Assembly: GCA_019244185.1 (NCBI GenBank) | Contig: JAFATB010000025.1 | Location: 288,001 to 352,000, forward strand | Direction of reading: 5' to 3' | From: Acidobacteriota bacterium | GTDB taxonomy: Bacteria > Acidobacteriota > Thermoanaerobaculia > Gp7-AA8 | DNA length: 64,000 nucleotides | Shown: positions 59,392 to 64,000 of the stretch, piece by piece | Layout of the letters: each line of letters opens with the position of its first letter | Position numbering within the stretch: the stretch's first letter is position 1 | Made by a program: the position numbers and the translations under genes | Notes under the pieces: model-generated | Seen by the model: the letters and a program-made list of their open reading frames with translations, nothing else | What the model was told of the DNA's origin: nothing | The model's database searches: none

Positions 59392-62091
59392 ATGGCCTCA
59401 GCCGCGCTGTCGCTCGAAGACGAGATTCAGCGGATTTCCGAGTTGGATCAGGGTCGCGCACAGTTTCAGCAGTGGCGTTCATTAGGACACGAAGCACTGC
59501 GGCAGCTCGTGGTGTGTCTTGGCCCCCGCACGGACACGCATTGCGTGCGATGGAACCGCTCGCTCGACATCACCGACAAGGCTCTTCTCGTGAAAGCACT
59601 CTGCCGCCCGGGAAGCGACACCTCCTTTTATACACAGCCACTCTACGAGCTGCAGCACCAACAGCTCACGAGCATTCTCGGCGAGCCCGAGCAGAGTCCG
59701 CTTTTTTCGTCCGGATCGAAGCAGGCGATTTTTCTCGACGCGGCGTTTGCATTCGATGCGCTGGCAAGCGGCCCGGAAGCAGTGCTCGGACCCGGGACGA
59801 TGCATTACTGCTATGTCGTCCTGCGCGAGCTTTACTATCCGACAGCTCCCAACTGGACCGTAGGCGGTGCTCGGGCGGGCGTGGGCGGCAAGCCGTCGGC
59901 ATTCACGACAAGTCAGTTCGTCCGCAGTATCTTCAGCTTCGCGCGGATGCTCGAACGGACCGGACACTATCTCGACGCGCTCGCGGAAATGCAGCAGACC
60001 GGCCACACCGGTGTCGAAGCGTGGAATGTTCGCGACGCACGTCGCCGCGCACTCTCGCTCCATACCACGCTCGCGAAGCGCGCCTGGAATCTCGCGTTTC
60101 CCCTCAAGAACCTCGTGCCAGCTTCATTCGAAGATGACGCGCTGCGAGCGTTCGACTCTTCCGTACAACACGCGCTGCTAGTCGGACTGCAAAGTCTCGC
60201 AGACGCATTCACGAACGCGTGCACGACCGTACAGGAGTACCGCGAGCGCGAGGAGAAGGCGGCGGATACAGCCGAGAGAAAACTGAGGGTGCAATGGTCG
60301 GAAGGAGCGCACGGCATTGCGCTCGATGCATTGCAGGACGCCGCGCGGCGAGCGACGGAGGCGCGGCGTTCGTTCCCCGAGGTTCCACCCGATCCAAGCC
60401 GACCGATCTCAGCGTCGGAGCGCAAACAGTTCGCCGAACGTCTGCGCGCGATCAGCAGACAATTCACGGAAACATCGGTAGGAACTCGCTCGCTCGCGAA
60501 ACCTGCTCTCGATTATCTGTGGGGGGTCCTGGACCGCGAACTGATCGCCGCTTCCGCAGTCGGAGACGCGGTGAGCTTCGAAGCGTCGGAGATGGCTTCC
60601 GCGGCCGCAACCCTCGGCGCGGCCGGACACTGGGCGGATGAACGGCTGATGCGGGCAGCGCAATTGTTGGGCAACGCGATCACGCCGAGTGGCTTTGCCA
60701 TCGCGCGTCCATTTCATGCGGGAGGTGGTGCCTACTATCAGCCCGTCCAGCCGCACATTCTCGGCGCCTATGCGCAAATCGTCGAACACGTGCAGGCCGA
60801 CCTCTCGCCCACCGTGCTCCAGCGGATGGCGCAGTACTTTGCGACCACGCGCCGCGAAATCGACGCCACGCGCAGCAGTTGGAGGTGGGCGCACTCCTGG
60901 AACGACCACGACCTGCATTCTCCCTATCACACGGCGCTCTCGACCATCGCGCTCGATCGCATTTGCCGCATGCTGGACCGCCGCATCAATGAGCTCGTGC
61001 TCAATCACTTCACCTGGCGCCAGATGCCGAGCACCGCGCTCCGGCTGCAGGAGCTTTTCTATCCGGATTACGGCCTCGCCGCGATGTCGCCGGAATCGTC
61101 TGGAACACCTCGCATCGCAATCGCAGAGGCGCTCGAACGGATGCGCGCACATGTTTCCGACGTGAAACTTGCGAAGCAATTCGGACCGCGGCTGTATTCG
61201 GCCGTGTTTCACGGACCGCCGGGAACGGGGAAGACGACGCTGCTCGAAGCTTTGGCGGCGTCGGCGGATGTGCCGCTTGTAGAAGTCACGCCGAGTGACA
61301 TCATCGTCGCCGGCGCCGACCGCATCGAGGCACGTGCCCGAGCTGTACTGCGCGCATTGTCCTTTCTGACGAAGGCGGTCATTCTTTTCGACGAATTCGA
61401 CCCGGTCCTCAAGACTCGCGAAACCGGGGGCACACCGCAATCGATCTTCAACTTCCTGACATCAGGCATGCTGCCGAAGCTGAAGACTCTGTACGAGGCG
61501 GCGAAGGACCGCGCGGTCGCCTTCGCGCTCGTCACGAACATTCTGTCCGATCTCGATCCGGCGGCGATCCGGCGCGGACGTTTCGACGCGACGATCGGCG
61601 TGTACGCGCCTGACGCACTGTCGCGCTACGGCCGCCTGTTCACCGAGGTCAATGCATACCTCGAGCAACGCTCATGCATCGCTCCTCGAACACTCAACGA
61701 ACGTTTCCGAGCGGTGATACGGGCGACTGCTGCGATCTCGATGCAGGACGCCGGACGTCGAAACTGGTTCACGCGGCCGAAGCCGGACGATCCTCCCGAT
61801 GCCGACACGATCTTCGGCTACCTATTCTCGGAGGCAGACAATCCACGCCTGCCATCGCTGAGTACGGAGGGACAACGGCCGGAGAAGAAGAAACGGAAGA
61901 AGGCACAGGAGCACGAGGTCGGAAAACCGCAGCGCAGCTTCTGGTCGCCAACGGAGAAACAGGAATGGGAGAGAATCGAATCGCTGGAAAAGCGCGGCGG
62001 GCTACTTGGAGATGCAATTTGGGAAGGCGTCGAGAACGCCTTCCTAGGCCTATCGAGCGCCTCTTCCGGTGAACAAACCGCAACCGCGTGA
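59392..62091 (+). CDS. Large AAA+ ATPase (899 aa) with uncharacterised alpha-helical N-terminal region
   Basis: FHGPPGTGKTT (Walker A), VILFDEFD (Walker B), VTN…LDPAAIRRGRFD (SRH). Codon usage is less GC3-biased than the core genes. Confidence 0.85.
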   Translation: MASAALSLEDEIQRISELDQGRAQFQQWRSLGHEALRQLVVCLGPRTDTHCVRWNRSLDITDKALLVKALCRPGSDTSFYTQPLYELQHQQLTSILGEPEQSPLFSSGSKQAIFLDAAFAFDALASGPEAVLGPGTMHYCYVVLRELYYPTAPNWTVGGARAGVGGKPSAFTTSQFVRSIFSFARMLERTGHYLDALAEMQQTGHTGVEAWNVRDARRRALSLHTTLAKRAWNLAFPLKNLVPASFEDDALRAFDSSVQHALLVGLQSLADAFTNACTTVQEYREREEKAADTAERKLRVQWSEGAHGIALDALQDAARRATEARRSFPEVPPDPSRPISASERKQFAERLRAISRQFTETSVGTRSLAKPALDYLWGVLDRELIAASAVGDAVSFEASEMASAAATLGAAGHWADERLMRAAQLLGNAITPSGFAIARPFHAGGGAYYQPVQPHILGAYAQIVEHVQADLSPTVLQRMAQYFATTRREIDATRSSWRWAHSWNDHDLHSPYHTALSTIALDRICRMLDRRINELVLNHFTWRQMPSTALRLQELFYPDYGLAAMSPESSGTPRIAIAEALERMRAHVSDVKLAKQFGPRLYSAVFHGPPGTGKTTLLEALAASADVPLVEVTPSDIIVAGADRIEARARAVLRALSFLTKAVILFDEFDPVLKTRETGGTPQSIFNFLTSGMLPKLKTLYEAAKDRAVAFALVTNILSDLDPAAIRRGRFDATIGVYAPDALSRYGRLFTEVNAYLEQRSCIAPRTLNERFRAVIRATAAISMQDAGRRNWFTRPKPDDPPDADTIFGYLFSEADNPRLPSLSTEGQRPEKKKRKKAQEHEVGKPQRSFWSPTEKQEWERIESLEKRGGLLGDAIWEGVENAFLGLSSASSGEQTATA

Positions 62092-62093
62092 CG
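62054..62093 (+). repeat. 40-bp perfect direct repeat, copy 2 (encodes the AAA C-terminus and stop)
   Basis: Identical to 59207-59246. Confidence 0.9.
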
Positions 62094-62127
62094 CCGCTCA
62101 CGCAACCTTTGGCCGTGCGGCCCGAAT

Positions 62128-62373
62128 ATGCACAACGTCATGAGCTACACGGATTGGCTGCGACGGCAGGTGGAACGGCTGGAGGATGAAATCCGGCGGC
62201 ACTCGGTCTTCGACAGCGACCGCCCCGCGTCGATGGTTCAGCTGCGCGAGCTGCGCTCGAAGGTCGTGATTCACACGTACCTCCGGCAGCAACTGCTGCG
62301 GCGCGAGACGCCGGTGGTGCTCGACGAGGAGTACGACACGCAGGAGTTCGTGGTGGTGCGGCGCGCGCAGTAG
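62128..62373 (+). CDS. Hypothetical protein (~80 aa, coiled-coil like)
   Basis: Host-like codon usage; fills the gap before the metallophosphoesterase. Start may be 62140. Confidence 0.55.
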   Translation: MHNVMSYTDWLRRQVERLEDEIRRHSVFDSDRPASMVQLRELRSKVVIHTYLRQQLLRRETPVVLDEEYDTQEFVVVRRAQ

Positions 62374-62382
62374 CCTGTCCGC

Positions 62383-63531
62383 GTGCTCCTCTTTCTCGCG
62401 ATCGCGCTGGCGATCTTCATCCCGCTCAACTGGATCGTCTGGCGCGCGCTGACGCGCATCCATCCGCGACGGCGCCGCGCGATCGGCGTCGCGGTCGTCG
62501 CCGGCAATCTGCTCTGGCCGTTCATCCCGTTCCTGCGCCGCGACGCCGGCTGGATGCGCGTCTTTCGCGCGCTGGCCGGACCGGTGTGGGTTGGGTGGAC
62601 GGTGTTCGTGCTGCTGTACGCGATGCTCGTCGTCATCGTCGTGCTCGCGTGGCTGCCGTTCCGCCGGCGCGCGAGCTTCGCGCGTTTCGCGCATGCGCCG
62701 TCGACGATCGTGTTGTGGACGTTGCTCATCGGCTTCATCGCGGGCTGGATTCAGTGCGTCGTTCCGCTGCACGTCGCGCGCGTGCCGGTGACGATCGCAA
62801 ACCTGCCGCCGTCGCTCGACGGCGCGCGCGTCGTGGTGATGGGCGATCTGCACGTCGGCCTCTTCTCGCGGCCGTCGCGGCTCGCGCGGCTCTTCGCCAC
62901 CGCAGGCGCGCAGCATCCGCGCGCGGTCGTGCTCGCGGGCGATCTCATCGACGACGATCCCCATTACGTCCCGAAGCTGCTCGACGGCACGCGTGCGCTC
63001 GCGGCGGACATCCCGCTGTTCGCGGTGTACGGCAATCACGAGATGTACGGCGATCCGATCGAAGTCGCGTCGAAGCTGCGCGGCAGCCGGGTACGACTGC
63101 TCGTCAACGAAGGTGCGGCGGTGGGCGACCTCTGGATCGCCGGCGTCTCCGACTTTGCGGCGAGCGGCCGCAATCATCCCGACCTCGCGCCGAACCTCGA
63201 CCGCGCGCTCGCGTCGAAGCCGCGCGATGCGTTCCCGCTCGTTGTCGCGCATCAGCCGGAGATCGCGCGTGCGCTGCGCGCGCGGCAGCTGCCGCTCGCC
63301 GTCTGCGCGCACACGCACGGCGGCCAGTTCGGCATCCGCCCGCTGCACTGGTCGCTCGCGGGCGTCTTCCTTCCCTACCACATGGGTCTGTACAAGCTCG
63401 GCGCGTCGCAGCTCTACGTCAGCACCGGCGCGGGTTACTGGGTGCTGCCGTTCCGGCTCGGCATGACGCCGGAGATCGCGGTCATCGAACTGCGGCCGGC
63501 AGCACCTCGTCGCACTTCGCCTCGACCTTGA
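62383..63531 (+). CDS. Membrane-anchored metallophosphoesterase (YkuE-like)
   Basis: N-terminal TM helices, GDLHVG, AGDLID, GNHE, AHQP, AHTHGGQ. Confidence 0.9.
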   Translation: MLLFLAIALAIFIPLNWIVWRALTRIHPRRRRAIGVAVVAGNLLWPFIPFLRRDAGWMRVFRALAGPVWVGWTVFVLLYAMLVVIVVLAWLPFRRRASFARFAHAPSTIVLWTLLIGFIAGWIQCVVPLHVARVPVTIANLPPSLDGARVVVMGDLHVGLFSRPSRLARLFATAGAQHPRAVVLAGDLIDDDPHYVPKLLDGTRALAADIPLFAVYGNHEMYGDPIEVASKLRGSRVRLLVNEGAAVGDLWIAGVSDFAASGRNHPDLAPNLDRALASKPRDAFPLVVAHQPEIARALRARQLPLAVCAHTHGGQFGIRPLHWSLAGVFLPYHMGLYKLGASQLYVSTGAGYWVLPFRLGMTPEIAVIELRPAAPRRTSPRP

Positions 63532-64000
63532 GCGTGGCGAGATCGTCGGCGCGTGTCGGACCGATGTTCACGATCGCGATCGGCAGGCCGCGCTCGGCGG
63601 CGCGTTTGACGAAGCGATAGCCGGACCAGACCGTGAGCGACGAGCCGGCGACGAGCATCGCGTCCGCTTCCTCGACGCGGCGGAAGGCGTAGTCGACTTT
63701 GTCGCGCGGCACCGACTCGCCGAAGAAGACAACGTGCGGTTTGAGCACGCCGCCGCAGCGGTGGCATTCGGGCACTTCGAAGTCGCTGACGACGTCCGGC
63801 GCGACGTCGGCGTCACCGTCGGGAGCAAAGTCCGCGTCATCCGCGTGCAGGCGGTGCCACGGCGCGGCGGCGAGCCACTCCGCGTTGCGTTCCGCGAGGC
63901 GCGCCTGCATTTCTTCACGCGGAATGGTGCCGTTGCATCCGAGGCAGATGACGATGCGGTTGCGGCCATGGAGCTGGATGACGGCGCGGCTGCCCGCTTC
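63482..64000 (-). CDS. cobB: NAD-dependent protein deacylase (sirtuin, Sir2/CobB family), 5' end outside window
   Basis: AGSRAVIQLHG…CLGC…PDGDAD…CHRCGGVLKPHVVFFGESVP…GSSLTVWSGYRF…VNIGPTRADD. Confidence 0.9.
   Translation of the reverse strand, partial: EAGSRAVIQLHGRNRIVICLGCNGTIPREEMQARLAERNAEWLAAAPWHRLHADDADFAPDGDADVAPDVVSDFEVPECHRCGGVLKPHVVFFGESVPRDKVDYAFRRVEEADAMLVAGSSLTVWSGYRFVKRAAERGLPIAIVNIGPTRADDLATLKVEAKCDEVLPAAVR

Noticed and set aside
59241-60137. 298-aa ORF beginning MTESIRI
   Set aside because: Its start is the decayed typA 3' copy and the rest is an alternate frame over the AAA gene.
63482-64000. Sirtuin as a defence (Thoeris/DSR-type SIR2) gene
   Set aside because: It has the zinc-binding CxxC pairs and motifs of a housekeeping deacylase, in a core-gene context.

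Overview
High-GC bacterial chromosomal window. The gene style (IPT/TIG proteins ending WAFVSVTNNETQH, SLH/PKD surface proteins, signal-peptide RHS proteins) suggests Acidobacteriota, probably Thermoanaerobaculia; this is inference. Core-type genes include a CDF transporter, yciH, an M16 peptidase pair, a LytS/LytTR system, ABC transporters, a sigma54-driven MacAB-like operon with its two-component system, TetR/S41, LOG, typA, a metallophosphoesterase and a sirtuin. Three accessory regions stand out. (1) 24.8-40.5 kb: an SLH/PKD/Ig surface protein followed by two tandem signal-peptide RHS paralogues with unrelated His/Cys hydrolase tips and no adjacent immunity genes. (2) 41.3-49.3 kb: a cytoplasmic thermolysin-like protease + ComEC-type MBL hydrolase pair, followed by further protease and orphan genes. 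(3) 55.6-62.1 kb: a cargo array downstream of typA with a duplicated typA 3' end, a perfect 40-bp direct repeat and two decayed copies of it, carrying a frameshifted DUF4157 gene, two IPT/TIG paralogues and a large AAA ATPase. A shared upstream motif GGTAGGGA-N12/13-CGGC(A/T)CTCCT precedes three unlinked accessory loci. I saw no rRNA, tRNA, CRISPR array, integrase or transposase. All calls come from motif reading by eye; no database searches were run.
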